A DNA stretch of 64,000 nucleotides from Octopus sinensis (lineage: Eukaryota). This document shows positions 24,817 to 39,900 of the stretch, piece after piece. The notes beneath the pieces were generated by a model that was not told the DNA's origin, did not search any database, and saw nothing but the letters and a program-made list of their open reading frames with translations. Where the stretch lies: NCBI RefSeq assembly GCF_006345805.1, contig NC_043012.1, positions 1,674,001 through 1,738,000 of the forward strand, in the 5' to 3' direction. Both the position numbers and the translations under genes were made by a program. Each line of letters opens with the position of its first letter. Within the stretch, counting starts at the first letter, position 1.

Positions 24817-27800
24817 TAATAATAATCCTTTCTAGTACAGGCACAAGGCCTGGAATTTGATGGGGAGGGAGATAGTTGATTACATCTGGTAGTTGATAGT
24901 TGATTAGCATGCATTTTGCCTGGCATGCTAACAACTCTGCCAGCTAACTGTCTTACATAATAATAATAATAATAACCAGGACTTCAGATTTTGGCACAAG
25001 GCCAGCAGTTTCAGTTACAGTGACTCAAGTACTTGACTGGTACTATATTCTATCAACCCCGAAAGTCAGCTTTGGAGGAATCTGAACAGAGAATGTAAAG
25101 AGAGGGAAGGCTGCCTCCAGCCTCAATTCAGAAAATCTGTTTTGGAAATACCCCTCTCCAAACTAGACTGCCTCCAACACCAGTTCCAAGAAAATATAAT
25201 AAAATCTAACATAAAACAAAAAAGTCTGGATCTACAGACAAAATGAAGTGGAATAAGACAACGTGCAGCCACAAGCAGCAGCTACTACTTACGCTGATAA
25301 TAACTGTCCTGTAACACGATCAATCCTAAGTACATTTGGATATAAACCTGCACAGAGGGCAGCTTTCACAACACACCATTTCTCGGAATTTATATTCAAG
25401 TCTCTTATGTCACCTCCGCCTCGTGCTCTCACAAACCCTGAAGCACGCAATTGTCCAAGAAGTTGGGCCCTAGAAAATAATTGTTTTAGAAAAAGCAGAA
25501 AATGAAGACAAAAAAAAACTGAAATCAGTATTTAGAAATTTTAAGAGATTAATGGAATTCACTTTTTTTAATAAAAGGAATAGAGATAGGGATTTAAATC
25601 ATCATCATCATTGTTTACCGTCCGCATTCCATGCTGGCATTGGTTGGACGGTTTGACTGAGGACAGGCAAGCCAGATGGCTGCACAAGGTTCCAGTCTGA
25701 TCTGGCAGAGTTTCTACAGCTGGATGCTCTTCCTAACGCCAACCACTCCGAGTGTAGTAGGTGCTTATACATGCCACCGGCACGAGGGCCAGTCAGGCAG
25801 TACTGGCGACAGCAATGCTCAAATGGTGATTTTTACATATCACCTGCACAGGAGCCAGTCCAGCAGTAGTGGCAACGACTTTGCCTGAATGTTGTTTTTC
25901 ACGTGCCAGTAAGGTGACACTGGTAATGATCACACTCGAATGGTGCTTTTTATGTGCCACCTGTACGGGAGTCAGTCAACGGCCCTGGCAACGATCACGC
26001 TCAGATGGGCAACGATCACGTTCAGATGGGCAACGATCACACTCAGATGCGCAAAGATCATGCTCGGATGGGCAACGATCACGCTCGGATAGGCAACGAT
26101 CACGTTCAGATGGGCAATGATCACACTCAGATGCGCAAAGATCATGCTCGGATGGCAATGATCACACTTGGACGACGATCACGCTTAAATATTTTTACAT
26201 ATTTAAGCAGACTGGCATAACCTCATTTGTCATGTATCTCCATAAGCAATAATGCACAGCCACTCCTCATTATCATCATTAAAAATGAAAAGGAAAGATT
26301 AAATAAAATTATGAGAAAAATTTAAAACAAGAGTGAGAGATAGAGAGAGAAAGAGAGAAAAAGAGAGAGAAAGAGAGAAAAAGAGAGAGAAAGAGAGAGT
26401 CAGAGAGAAAAAGAAAGAGAAAGGGAGGGTAAGAGAGAGAAAGAGAGAGTCAGAGAGAAAAGAAGAGAGAAAGAGAGAGTCAGAGAGAAAAAGAAAGAGA
26501 AAGAGAGGATCAGAGAGAAAAAGAGAGAGAAAGAGAGAGTCAGAGAGAAAAAGAAAGAGAAAGAGAGGGTCAGAGAGAAAAAGAGAGAGTCAGAGAGAAA
26601 AAGAGAGAGTCAGAGAGGGTCAGAGAGAAAAAGAGAGAGAAAGAGAGAAAAAGAGAGAAAAAGAGAGTCAGAGAGGGTCAGAGAGAAAAAGAGAGAGAAA
26701 GAGAGAGTCAGAGAGAAAAAGAAAGAGAAAGAGAGGGTCAGAGAGGAAAAGAGAGAGTCAGAGAGAAAAAGAGAGTCAGAGAGGATCAGAGAGAAAAAGA
26801 GAGAGAAAGAGAGAGTCAGAGAGAAAAAGAAAGAGAAAGAGAGGGTCAGAGAGAAAAAGAGAGAGTCAGAGAGAAAAAGAGAGAGTCAGAGAGGGTCAGA
26901 GAGAAAGAGAGAGTCAGAGAGAAAAAGAAAGAGAAAGAGAGGGTCAGAGAGAAAAAGAGAGAGAAAGAGAGAGTCAGAGAGAAAGAGAAAGAGAGGGTCA
27001 GAGAGAAAAAGATAGTTAGAGAGAAAGAGAAAGAGAGGGTCAGAGAGAAAAAGAGAGAGAAAGAGAGGGTCAGAGAGAAAAAGAGAGAGAAAGAGAATGC
27101 TCAAAGACTGACCTCATTCCAATTATCATTTCCATTGATGCTGAAGACAGAAAGTGTTTCTCACAAAAGGTCTTCTCCCAGCCTTCGGTTCGAGCTTTTT
27201 GCCAAGCCTAGAAATAGAAGTGGTAGTCTCTTTCTTCAGGTACAGGTGTACATATTTAAGCAGGTGTTACCTCTCACAATAATAAAAACAAATGGGTGTG
27301 GCCATGTGGTAGAAAGGTTGCTTCCGAAACACATGGTTCCAGTTCAGTCCCACTGCATGGATGGATATCTTGGGCAAATGTCTTCAACTATAACCCCAAA
27401 CTTATTTCTTTATTGCCCACAAGGGCTAAACATAGAGGGGACAAACAAGGACAGACGTAGGTATTAAGTCGATTACATCGACCCCAGTGCGTAACTGGTA
27501 CTTAATTTATCGACCCCGAAAGGATGAATGGCAAAGACGACCTCGGCGGAATTTGAACTCAGAACATAATGGCAGATGAAATACCGCTAAGCATTTCCCC
27601 CGGCGTGCTAACGTTTCTGCCAGCTTACCGCTATAATCCCAAACTGACCAAAGCCTTGTGAGTTGATTTGGTAGACAGAAACTGTGTGGCGGTCTGTTAT
27701 ATGTATGTGTGTGTGTGTGTGTTTGTTTGTCTCTAAACACCACCTGACTACTAGTGTTGGTTTGTTTATGTCCCAATTAGCAGTTCAGCATTAGAAATTG

Positions 27801-30800
27801 GCAGAATAAATACCAGGCTTTAAAAAAAGTATAAGAACTGGAGTACATTCATTAGACTAAAACTCAAGGCAGTGCCACAGCATGGCTGCAGACCAATGCC
27901 TAAAGCAATTTCCTCAAGATGTGGCTGTTATTTCTAAAAGCCAAACTACAAAGTAGAAGCTGCAGCACTGACACATTTAAAAGAAAGGACGCAAAGAAAA
28001 GAAGAGAAAAGAAACAATCTTACGTTTTATAAAGAGCTAATATCTTTGTGATTATCATGATGTTCTACAATGGAATAACACTTTGAACAAAATGAAATTT
28101 CCCTTCACTCAATTAGGGAATTTGTTCTTGAATGAGTTTGTAAAGGCTGGGTCACAGTGTTCAAGATAGCAGTGTTGAACAAATTTATGCTGTGTCTAAG
28201 GAGAGCCGTTATGCCTTTATAATTAATACACACATCGGTTCAGTTCTATTCTTTTATTATTAGTCAAATGGTTAAATATCCAACTAATTAATTGATTATT
28301 TAAACAAAAAAAACAAAGTAAACATGGTGCAGGAGTGGCTGTGTGGTAAGTAGCTTGTTTACCAACCACATGGTTCCGGGTTCAGTCACACTGTGTGGCA
28401 CCATGGGAAAGTGTCTTCTACTATAGCCTCAGGCCGACCAAAGCCTTGTGAGTGGATTTGGTAGATGGAAACTGAAAGAACCCCGTCGTATATATATATA
28501 TATATATATATATGTACATGCGTTTATATATTTGTGTGTCTGTGTTCATCGCCCCCCCCACACACACACACACATCGCTTGACAACCGATGCTGGTGTGA
28601 TTACATTCCCGTAAATTTGCGGTTCAGCAAAAGAGACTGATAGAATAAGTACTAGGCTTACAAAGAATAAGTCCTGGGGTCGATTTGCTCGACTAAAGGT
28701 GGTGCTCCAGCATGGCCACAGTCAAATGACTGAAACAAGTAAAAGAGTTAAAGAGTAATTGATTAAGCCAAATGAAATCGTAGTTGTGACCAAGGCTGGT
28801 GACACATAAATGGCACCTCTGCTGGTGGAACGTAAAAGGCACCTTCTGGGCATTAGGCCTCACAGAGGCACATAAAAAGTATCTGTCAAGTGTTGGGCTT
28901 CACAGAGGCATTGACAAATGACCGAGATCTTTGGTATTAAGTCATGCTAAAGAAGACCCATCAAGCGAAATTGTAGTCGTGGCAGATACTGGTGTCACAC
29001 ACATGGCACCCATACTACTGGCATGTCAAAGCACCCGTTACACTCTTGGAGTGGTTGGCATTAGGAAGGGAATCCAGCTGTAGAAATCATGCCAAATCAG
29101 ACTGGAGTCTGGTATAGCCTTCCAGCTTGCACACTCTGGTCAAACCCTCCAACCCATGCCAGCATGGACAACAGACATTAAATGACAAAGATGATGGTAT
29201 TTAACCAATGTAAAAGGCAGCAAGCTGGCAGAAACGTTAGCACGCCGGGCGAAATGCTTAGCGGTATTTCGTCTGCCGTTACGTTGTGAGCTCAAATTCC
29301 ACCGAGGTCGACTTTGCTTTTCATCCTTTTGGGGTCAGTAAATTAAGTACCAATTATGCACTGGGGTCGATGTAATCGACTTAATACCTATGTCTGTCCT
29401 TGTTTGTCCTCTCTATGTTTAGCCCCTTGTGGGTAGTAAAGAAAATAGGTATTTAACCAATTGAGTCATAATAAAGGAATGGAACCGAACCAGTGTGTGT
29501 GTGTTAATAACATTGGCATAATGACTCTCCCTAAAATTTGTTTCAACACACAAATTCACATCAAGAATCTTGCAAACCAGATGCAAAAGCAAATCTCTGT
29601 TGCTTTTTTTTTTCTTTTAATAGGAAGATGGTAAGATGCTGCTTGTATATATCACACCTAATCATGCATCACAGTCATAAACAAGAAACAGGTAAAGAAG
29701 GCTAATGAATAACACTGTAACTCACCTGAAAGGCTCTGAGTAGAATCATATGCTCACTGTATGTGTTGGCAGATAGTTTCTTCCTAACTAAATTGGCAGC
29801 TCTTCTTTGAGATGGTTGACCAGGAATTAAAACTACAAACATCAAAGGTACAAAACGGTAAATACTCACTTTTTTCAGACAGAGAGGTGGGGAGGAAGAT
29901 AAATTCGCAAATGGTTATTTAAAAATACAAATAGATTGTTTACAATACAAACAGTGGAAGAGTAAAATATATATAGAGAGACAAAAAATAATAAAATGGA
30001 ATAAATATACAAACACATAGAGGCATGCAAAATGGAAGAGAGATATAGAGAGATACAAAGAAACAGTAATATCTAAATACACACAGACATACTTTCATAC
30101 TTACATATGGAATGTTGAAAAGCGAAACTGAAAGTGAGGCACAAATATGGGTGTGGTCAAGAAGTCCTGTTCACAAACACATGGCTTCAAGTATGTTTCT
30201 GTTATGGAAGCACTCCGTCGGTTACGACGAAGAGGGTTCCGGTTGATCCGATCAACGGAACAGCCTGCTCGTGAAATTAACGTGTAAGTGGCTGAGCACT
30301 CCACAGACACGTGTACCCTTAACGTAGTTCTCAGGGATATTCAGCGTGACACAGAGAGTGACAAGGCCGGCCCTTTGAAATACAGGTACAACAGAAACAG
30401 GAAGTAAGAGTGAGAGAAAGTTGTGGTGAAAGAGTACAGCAGGGATCACCACCATCCCCTGCCGGAGCCTCGTGGAGCTTTAGGTGTTTTCGCTCAATAA
30501 ACACTCACAACGCCCGGTCTAGGAATCGAAACCGCGATCCTACGACCGCGAGTCCGCTGCCCTAACCACTGGGCCATTGCGATGTTTCTGTTATACGACA
30601 CAGTGGACAGATGTCTTCTACTATAACCTTCAGCTGACAAATGCCTTCTAAGTGGAACTGGTACACACAAAAAAACTGTATATCTGTCTATCATTTTTTA
30701 TCTACCTATCTATCTGTCTCTGTGTGTGTGTGTGTGTGTGCATGTCGGTGGTTGAAAAGCTTGCTTCCCAATCACAAGCCTATGGGTTCAGTCCCACTGT

Positions 30801-33800
30801 GTGTCACTTAAGGGGCAACATCTTGGACTATATAGAAGCTTTGTGCTGAACACCTTGTGAGGGGATTTGGCAGATGCAAACTGCCTTAACACTAAGTTAC
30901 ATATGGAAAATAAAATAGGAGGGAAGAGAGAAAAAAAAACAACTGGAAATGGAGAAAAGCTATACTTACAAGGATCTTTGTTGGCAAGGGAACAAACAAT
31001 GGTCAACACTGGATCCAGACATTTCAAGACCACAGAATAAAGTACCATTTTACCAAGAGACGGAGCAATGGGGAAGTCTGCCAAATGATGGCCCAATTCA
31101 GTTAGATCTTCCCAAGGATCTAAGGCATCGATTTGCTGAAGAGGAAATCAAATTTAGAAAACTGAAATCTAGCTGGGATTTCATTATTTAAAAAAATATT
31201 TTTATTAAATTAATTAATTATTTTTTTTTTTTACATTTACTGCGGGGGTTAAGAGGTCTGCTTCTCAACTGTATGTCTTTTAGTTCTGTGTCATTGTGTA
31301 GCAACTTGGGCAACTATCTTGTTCTATAGCCCAAGGCAAACCACAGACTTGTGAGTGAATTTGGTAAATGGAAACTAAAAGAAGCTCATTATGTACAAAC
31401 ATATATATGTGTGTGTGGGTTTGTATATGTATGGAAAACGGAACTTAATGACAATAATGAAATGTGTGTATGTGTGTATGAGGGGGTGCTGAAAAGGTCC
31501 TGGCTTTGGGTAAAAGAAAATACAGGAGGATCAGTTAATAGTGATTTTATACAACATATTTCCCTCTCAGATTTACAAACTTATTGCAGCAGTCCTTCAG
31601 TTTTTCTAAGCCCTGTAGAAGAACTCAGAGGGTTAAAGCCTCCAGCTAGGCCTTTCACAATACCTATTTCTTTATTACCCACGAGGGGCTAAACATAGAG
31701 GGGATAAAACAAGGACAGACATAGGTATTATGTCGATTACATCGACCCCAGTGCGTAACTGGTACTTAATTTATCAACCCCGGCGGAATTTGAACTCACA
31801 ACGTAACAGCAGACGAAGTACCGCAAAGCATTTTGCCCGGTGTGCTAACGCTTCTGCTAGCTCGTGGCCTTTCACAATACCATTAACCCTTTTGTTACCA
31901 TATTTCTGTTGAAATAATCTATGTTTCTTTCAATAAACCCTTCTTGCTGAAACTGCACCTGGCTCTGTAGTACAAATGTCTTGTTTTCAAAAGTTCGGAA
32001 TTAAAATCTTCCACCAAACCTTAGTCGCAATTTATGTTCCTAACACTAGCTTAATGGTTACTAAGTTATTTTACTAAATTCTTTGTTGTATTTAAAATTA
32101 ATTGGAAGGAACACAGAGCATCTTAACAGAAATATAGTAACAAAAGTTCCATATTAGCTTATGTTCCAAACGCCAGTTCAATAATGACAATGTTATTATA
32201 TTGAACGCTTCATTATTTTCAAAATTGGAACAGTGTATTTAAACGAAGATTTTATAACAAAAGGGTAAATCAATAGAGAGGAGGCATGGCCTAGGGATTA
32301 AGTAGGTGGGCTCTCAATCAGGGGTTCAATTCCTGATCCAGGAAGCACTTTGCTTCGTGTTGCTCAGTGGACAACAATCATCATCATCATCATCGTGTAG
32401 TGTCCGCTTTCCATGCTGGCATGGGTTGGACGGTTCAACTGGGGTCTGGGAAGCCAGAAGGCTGCACCAGGCCCAGTCTGATCTGGAAGTGTTTCTACAG
32501 CTGGATGCCCTTCCTAACGCCAACCACTCCATGAGTGTAGTGGGTGCTTTTTACGTGCCACCAGCAAACGGCCACGATCGGATGGTGCTTTTTACGTGCC
32601 CAATAAATTAATATAGTATAATTGAACGCTGTGATCCACAAAGGAGTAGGAGTACTCCGACAGATCTCATTATCAAGTTATACCTGGGGCAAATAGAAAA
32701 ACAAACAAAAAAGTAAAAAAAGAAGACAAGATTTAGCATGGTTTCAATTGTTGTTAGAGAGATATTGCTAGCAGTACAGTAGTTACCTTCAACAGCTGGA
32801 GAGCATTGCGGATGATAAGGAAACTGGGTGCTTGGATAGCATTGGAGAGAAAGTCAGCAATGGATGTGTTTGAAGGTGCAATCATTTTGGTTTGCAAACA
32901 CAGTTCCTGAAATAAAGAATAAAATGAGGATAAAACAGTGAAGACTGTGTGAGTGGTGTGTGTGTATATATTACCATCATCATTTAACATCCATTGTCCA
33001 TGCTGGCATGGGTTGGATGGTTTGACTGGGCTAGCATGTTGGAAGGCTGTGCCAGGCTCCAGTTTGATTTGGCACGGTTTTCTACGGCTGAATGCTCTTC
33101 CTAATGCCAACCACTCCAAGAGTGTAATGGGTGCTTTTGTGTGCCACTGGCATGGGTGCCATTTGCGTGACACCGGTCTCTGCCATGTCTGCGATTTTGC
33201 TCGGCTTGATGGGTCTTTTTTCTCAAGCATGACATAATGCCAAAAAAAGGTCTTGGTCATTGCCTCTGTGAAGCCCAACACTTGAAAGGAGCTTGGTCAC
33301 TATGGTCTCCATGAGGCCCAATGCTCAAAAGGTCCTCAGTCATTTTGCCTCTTTATAAACCAGGAAAATCTTGAAGGTAGGAGAATAGCTGTGAAAATGG
33401 CTTTAGAAAATTGGCAAAAAATACCCCTATACACCAAAAAAGGTGGCCAGCACCACTACGGAGAATCAAACTCTGTACCTCTGAGAGGCATTTTCACCTG
33501 ATTTTCTGAAGCTGTTTTTACAGCTATACTCTTACACTCAATATTTTCCTCATTTCAAAAAATATGTCACTCACTCAAAGCTTCAATATCTGTTTATAGA
33601 AATATTCCCATACACACATATGCAGTTTACTGTTCTGTTATATGTAGGATCAACAAAAAAAAGTACTCCATCCAGTGAGACAGAAATATTATTTAATATC
33701 ACGTGATCACGTGACCGACCAGACCATCAGATGTTGTTACACATCGCTGGTCACAATGCGTTCGCATTGTTTTAGCCATGCTGGAGCACCGCCTTTAGTC

Positions 33801-33939
33801 GAGCAAATCGACCCCGGGACTTATTCTTTGTAAGCCCAGTACTTATTCTATCGGTCTCTTTTGCCGAACCGCTAAGTGACGGGGACATAAACACACCAGC
33901 ATCGGTTGTCAAGCAATGCTAGGTAGACAAACACAAACG

Positions 33940-33979
<40 letters not shown>

Positions 33980-36900
33980 CATATATACGACAGGCTTCTT
34001 TCAGTTTCCGTCTACCAAATCCACTCACAAGGCATTGGTCGGCCCGGGGCTATAGCAGAAGACACTTGCCCAAGATGCCACGCAGTGGGACTGAACCCGG
34101 AACCATGTGGTTGGTTAGCGCCTATTAGTAGGTCCTTTTTAAATTGCCTGGCATGAAACCAATCTGTGATGCAAAAAAGTTTGTGAATCTCTGGTATTGA
34201 GGATCCTTCATTGGATCAATGATGACAATGAGTGATGTGATGACAACAACGACAAGGACGACACAGCTGAATAAAATCCCACTTACGTGTAGGGGTAACC
34301 GTAACAGTTCCGGGACTTGGTATTGTTCCAGGTTGTCGTGACGTATTCTGCTGAACAAGTGATAACAAACACCTGGTTGAACTCGTCCGGCACTGAAAGA
34401 GACAACGACAGAGATGATGACTATTAGATGAGAGAATACTAACCCAAATGTTGGCTACCAGTTGTCCTGCACCAGGCTCCAGTCTGATCTGGCAGTGTTT
34501 ATACAGCCGGATGCCCTTCCTAATGCCAACCACTCCGAGAGTGAAGTGGGTGCTTTTACGTGCCACCAGCACGAGGGCCAGTCGGGCGGTATTGGCAACG
34601 GCCATGCTCAAATAGGGTTTTAGTTGATCATATAAGTTCTACTCTGGTGCTGGGAATGGCTACAACTCAATAAACTAACTTAAGCAAATACAGCATTCTT
34701 ATTATACTTCAGTTGAAATACAGTCTCTGCTTCAATTAATTGAGAAAATAATTAAGAATTTAATACAAAACTTTGCTATTATTAAACTAGTGTTTGGAAC
34801 ATAAATTGACATGAATTCTTGAGGGAAGGTCTCAGTCCAGATCACTGTTTTGAAGCCAAATTTCTATTGAAATATTTTGCATTTATTTCAGTTAATTTGG
34901 AAAATAATGAGAAATCTAGAAAAATACTTTGTCGTTATTAAACTGGAGTTTTGGAACAAAATTAACATGAATTTTTGATAGGTTTTAAGTAAAGACTCTT
35001 GAAAACAAGAAGTTTGTACCACAGAACCTGGAGCATTCTCAGGCAAGTCGGCAGCAAAAGGGATACACACACAACAGGTACCCACAGAGTGCCCATTTAC
35101 CAAATTCCAAACACAAGGCATTGGCTAAGAGGAAAGTACAGTAGGGGACACTTGCTGGAAATGCCACACATAGAAATCAAATCTAGAATTACTTGGTTGA
35201 GAAACTAACTTCTTAAGCAGATGGATATAAGAGTACCGTATCCATATGCTGAATAAAACAAAGAACGGAGGACACAAATGAAAATACAAACTTGTTACCA
35301 GTTCAAATATGCTTCAGGTGTATTTGAACCCATAAGAAAGCCAGTCACAGTATTTTGTCATGAAGAGAATTTCTTGTTGAAGAAAAATAGGTGTAAATAC
35401 ACTGAATCGGTCCACAACCTCCCCTAACAGCTGGATGCATGCATTTCATAGCAGTTATCTACTCTTCAGCAACAGATGCTGCAGAGTGATGAGAGACAGG
35501 TCCCTCTTATGATATTCCCAGTACTGCTCAGTGACTAGTTGCCCTATTCAGCAGCTCACTGTAAATAAAATATGGGGTGACAACACCAAACAGTGATGTG
35601 AACAAATACAAGCTTGTTGCCAGTTGAAATATACTTGAGGCATAATTGAATCTGTTTTGTCACACAGAAAATTTCTCACTGTATACAAACAGGGGTGAGC
35701 ACACTGAGTCAGATCACGGAGCCCCCTAACCAGGCTGCTGGATGCATTCATTTCAGAGTGTTTATCTCTTCTTCAGCAACAGACACCAGAAAGCAGACAC
35801 TGTGAACAAATAAAAATGGTAAATTGATGATACCTACCGGCCCTTTCTCTGCAAAGCATTTGCTTTGGAAACCCAATGAGTTTTTAACATGGTCACAGAA
35901 CAAAATGCATCAAAGGATTTCTGGAAAATAAAGACAAGCTTAAATTAGATTCTCTTTTGTTTCTTCCGACAGTGGAGGAGAGGGAATGGCAAGGACAAAT
36001 CCAACAAAGACAATACGGGGTTGAAAAGATACTTGAGTTTTACCAAGGGCCTTGACAATCTCTCTAATGCTGGTAGAATGAAAAAAAACAAGAAAAACAA
36101 AAACAAGACAAACAAATGCACTCAGTATACTCTGGTGGTTATGGTGGAATGTTTGCATGAGAGTGCATGCCAAGGGGGCAAAAAACAAAATCAACATGTT
36201 GCTTAAGAATGACCATCATAACATAACTTCACTTTGGAAAACTGTGTGGATGTTGTTTAAAAATCTTGCAAAACAAATACATAAACAAAAAAACTCTCTT
36301 TTTCTGATGAGTAAATTTTATGCTTATTTTCACTTTAAATAAGTGCCAAAATTATAATTGTATCTATGTAAAAGTTTTAAAACATTAATTGATGACATCC
36401 ACTGTTCTCTCATGAAGTCTGCCATTTCAAGATTAAAGGGGTTGGCATTTGGAAGAACATCCTGCTGTACCAAAACCATATTAAAATAGTTGTTTAAGCA
36501 AGAAATGGTTGTCTGATCTGTAGGATGCTATATCAACTTCATCATCATTGTTTAATGTCCGCTTTCCATGCTAGCATGGGTTGGATGATTTGACTGAGGT
36601 CTGGCGAAACAGATGGCTGCACCACGCTCCAATCTGATCTGGCAGTGTTTCTACAGCCGGATGCCCTTCCTAATGCCAACCACTCCGAGAGTGTAGTGGG
36701 TGCTTTTACGTGCCAGTCGGGCAGTATTGGCAACGGCCATGCTCAAATGGTGCTTTTTTATGTGCCACCTGCACAGGAGCTAGTCCAGCGGCATTGGCAA
36801 TGACCATGCTCGAATTGGATTTTTTACATGCCACCAGCACAAGTGCCAGTAAAATCCATGCCAACAAGATAAGTAGAAGGACAATATGTTGACGATGAAT

Positions 36901-39900
36901 GTGCGTCATTTCATATCATATGGTACACGTGTTATTATCATCATCTTCATTTAACGTCCACTGTCCATACTGGCATGGGTTAGATGGTTTGACGGAAAGT
37001 GGCAAGCTGGAGAGCTGTACCAGGTTCCAGTCTGATTTGGCATGGTTTCTATGGCTGGATACCCTACCCAATGCCAACCACAGCAAGAGTGTAATGGGTG
37101 CTTTTTATGTGCCACTGGCACGGGTGCCAATGTATGACACCAGCAATGGCCACAACAATGATTTCATAGGTACCGTTTACATGGTGCCAGTAATGGCCAC
37201 AATGAAGATTTCACTTGGCTCAATGAGTCTTTGCAAGCACAGCAAACTGCCAAAGGTCTTAATCACTTGTCATTGCCTCTGTGAGACCCAACATTCGGAG
37301 ATCCACCACCTTGTCCCTTGCCTCGATGAGGCCCCACAATTAATAATATTAAGTTATATAAACAAAACAAGCAAGCAAAGAGGAGGAGAAGGATGAGGAG
37401 GTGATGGAAGAGAAGGAGAAGAAGGAAGAGAAGGAGGCTAACCTCTTTCATTTTCCCTGAGTCAATTACATAGACAACATCGTTAATGGTGAGACTTGTT
37501 TCAGCAATGTTTGTTGAGAGAATCTGAGGAATAAATAAATAAATACAAGCATAAATGTCAAAAAAAAAAAATAATAATAACTAAATAAAGGAAGCATCAT
37601 CAAAATACCAATAACTGAATATAACATTGGTTAACAACTACCTGTACAACCAATGAATGGCCTTCAGGATGAAGAAGTGTGGCCAAATTTACTGCCACAG
37701 TACCACTGTCAACTACATAATTCAATAATCTTTGAATCTGTTCCTTCTTAAGGAGTTATCTCCTCTTGTATGCAAAATAACAAATGACAAAATTTGTTCA
37801 GGAAAAAGAAAAGAGCTCGGTGACTTTTAAACTTATCTTCTCCCTTTAGCATTCAGATTATTCTTTAAAAATGTAATGCTTATTTGTTCACATTGTTTTG
37901 GATTAATCATGGATTATCTCAAAGATTCAAGATTTGCTTACGGCAATATCACGTTGAAAGCACCAGTTCTTGTCCAATCACCGAAGTTAAGCAACGTCGA
38001 GCCTCGTTAGTACTTAGATGGGTGATCGCTTGGGAAACCTAGGTGTAGTAAGCGTCACACATTTAGGCGCAGGAGTGGCTGTGTGTAAGTAGCTGGCTTA
38101 CCAACCACATGGTTAGGGGTTCAGTTCCACTGTGTGGCACCTTGGGCAAGTGTCTTCTACTATAGTCTCAGGCCGACCAAAGCCTTGCGATTGGATTTGG
38201 TAGACGGAAACTGAAAGAAGCCCATCATATATATGTATATATATGTGTGTGTGTGTTTGTCCCCCAAAACATCGATTGACAACCGATGCTGGTGTGTTTA
38301 CGTCCCCGTAACTTAGCATTTCGGCAAGGGAGACCGATAGAATGAGTGCTGGGCTTGCAAAGAATAAGTCATGGCGTCGATTTGCTCGACTAAAGCAGTG
38401 CTCCAGCATGGCCGCAGTCAAATGACTGAAACAAGTAAAAGAGTATTTGATTGATGTAATTGCATATTTTCAAAATGATATTGTAGGGAAAGTGTGCGAG
38501 GGCAGAGCTAGCTGGTCTGAATATGAAAACAACTAGAATATTTGAGCTGAATATGGCCAGTTTAAATGTCAAAAGGTTACATATAGGAATAATAGGTTAC
38601 GTACAATTTTCCTCACTCCTGGTGGAGATGATTTAAAAACTCGTTTCTGATCCAGTGACTGCATAGAGGAGTGTAACATAAAAAGAATATATCTGAAAAT
38701 AGGTCGTAAATATATATATGTGAAAAATCAAAATGAACATGGAAATGGTTAATGACAAACGACAAATAAATAGGATAATTCTCATCATCATCATCATCAT
38801 CTAGCGTCCGTTTTCCATGCTAGCATGGGTTGGACGGTTCAACTGGGGTCTGGGAAGCCAGAAGGCTGCACCAGGCCCAGTCTGATCTGGCAATGTTTCT
38901 ATGGCTGGATGCCCTTCCTAACGTCAACCACTCTGTAAGTGAAGTGGGTGCTTTTTACGTGCCACCGGCACAGGTGCCAGACGAGGCTGGCAAACGGCCA
39001 CGGTCGGATGGTGCTTTTTACGTGCCACCGGCACAGGTGCCAGACGAGGCTGGCAAACGGCCACGGTCGGATGGTGCTTTTTACGAGCCACCTTCCTTCT
39101 CTTGTCGCTGTCTTTTGTTTTTGCTTTTTGTACAATTTTGAACCATACATACACACACAGACTGGCTACTGTGCTGGTGGTATGTAAAAAGCACAATCTG
39201 AACATGGTTGATGCCAATGCCCTCTGACTGGCTCCAGTGCCAGTGGCATGTAAAAAGCACCCACTACACTCTTGGAGTGGTTAGCGTTAGGAAGGGCATC
39301 CAGATATAGAAACTTTGCTAGATCAGTTTGGAGCCTGATGTTCAGTTTGATGTTCAGGAAAAATGGAAAAGTTTTTGATGTTTCAAGTCTTTGCTCTTCA
39401 ACAGAAAAGAATATAGATATAAAATTAAATTAAGCAACAGGATATCAAGTAGTAATGCTGTATGCCCATTTCAAGTGGCTCTATTTAACTGAACAATGCA
39501 ATCATTACATCAATTTCAATGCAGGGCCATCTTCAGCTGCACAAATATATAAATGGAATTCTAACAAGAAGAAAATTTTAATATAATTTTCCCCAATATT
39601 TCAACAGAGCAAGAAGATGGAAAAAATTCATGTTGACGCTATTGTAGCTAAGAATAGACTACAACTTCTAAGAATCGCATGGAGCAGAGTGGGGTCATAG
39701 GGTTGTAATTCATTTATAATTCATTTATCTCTTTATCAACTACTGAACATAGCATATATGTAATGCAATATAATTTACAATATAACATAATATCCTATGA
39801 TTTTTTATATTTAATCCTGGAGGGTAAGTTTACAACAGATATGACACCAAAATTAATTTCCACCATGGAAATTAAAGTATGGTAACTATAATTGTTAGTT

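Noticed and set aside
26333-27019. 228-aa K/R/E-rich ORF
   Set aside because: It is a translation of the GA satellite, antisense within an intron.
37640-37740. YVVDSG peptide resembling helicase motif V
   Set aside because: The true motif V exon is 37443-37523; the surrounding sequence has no similarity or splice signals.
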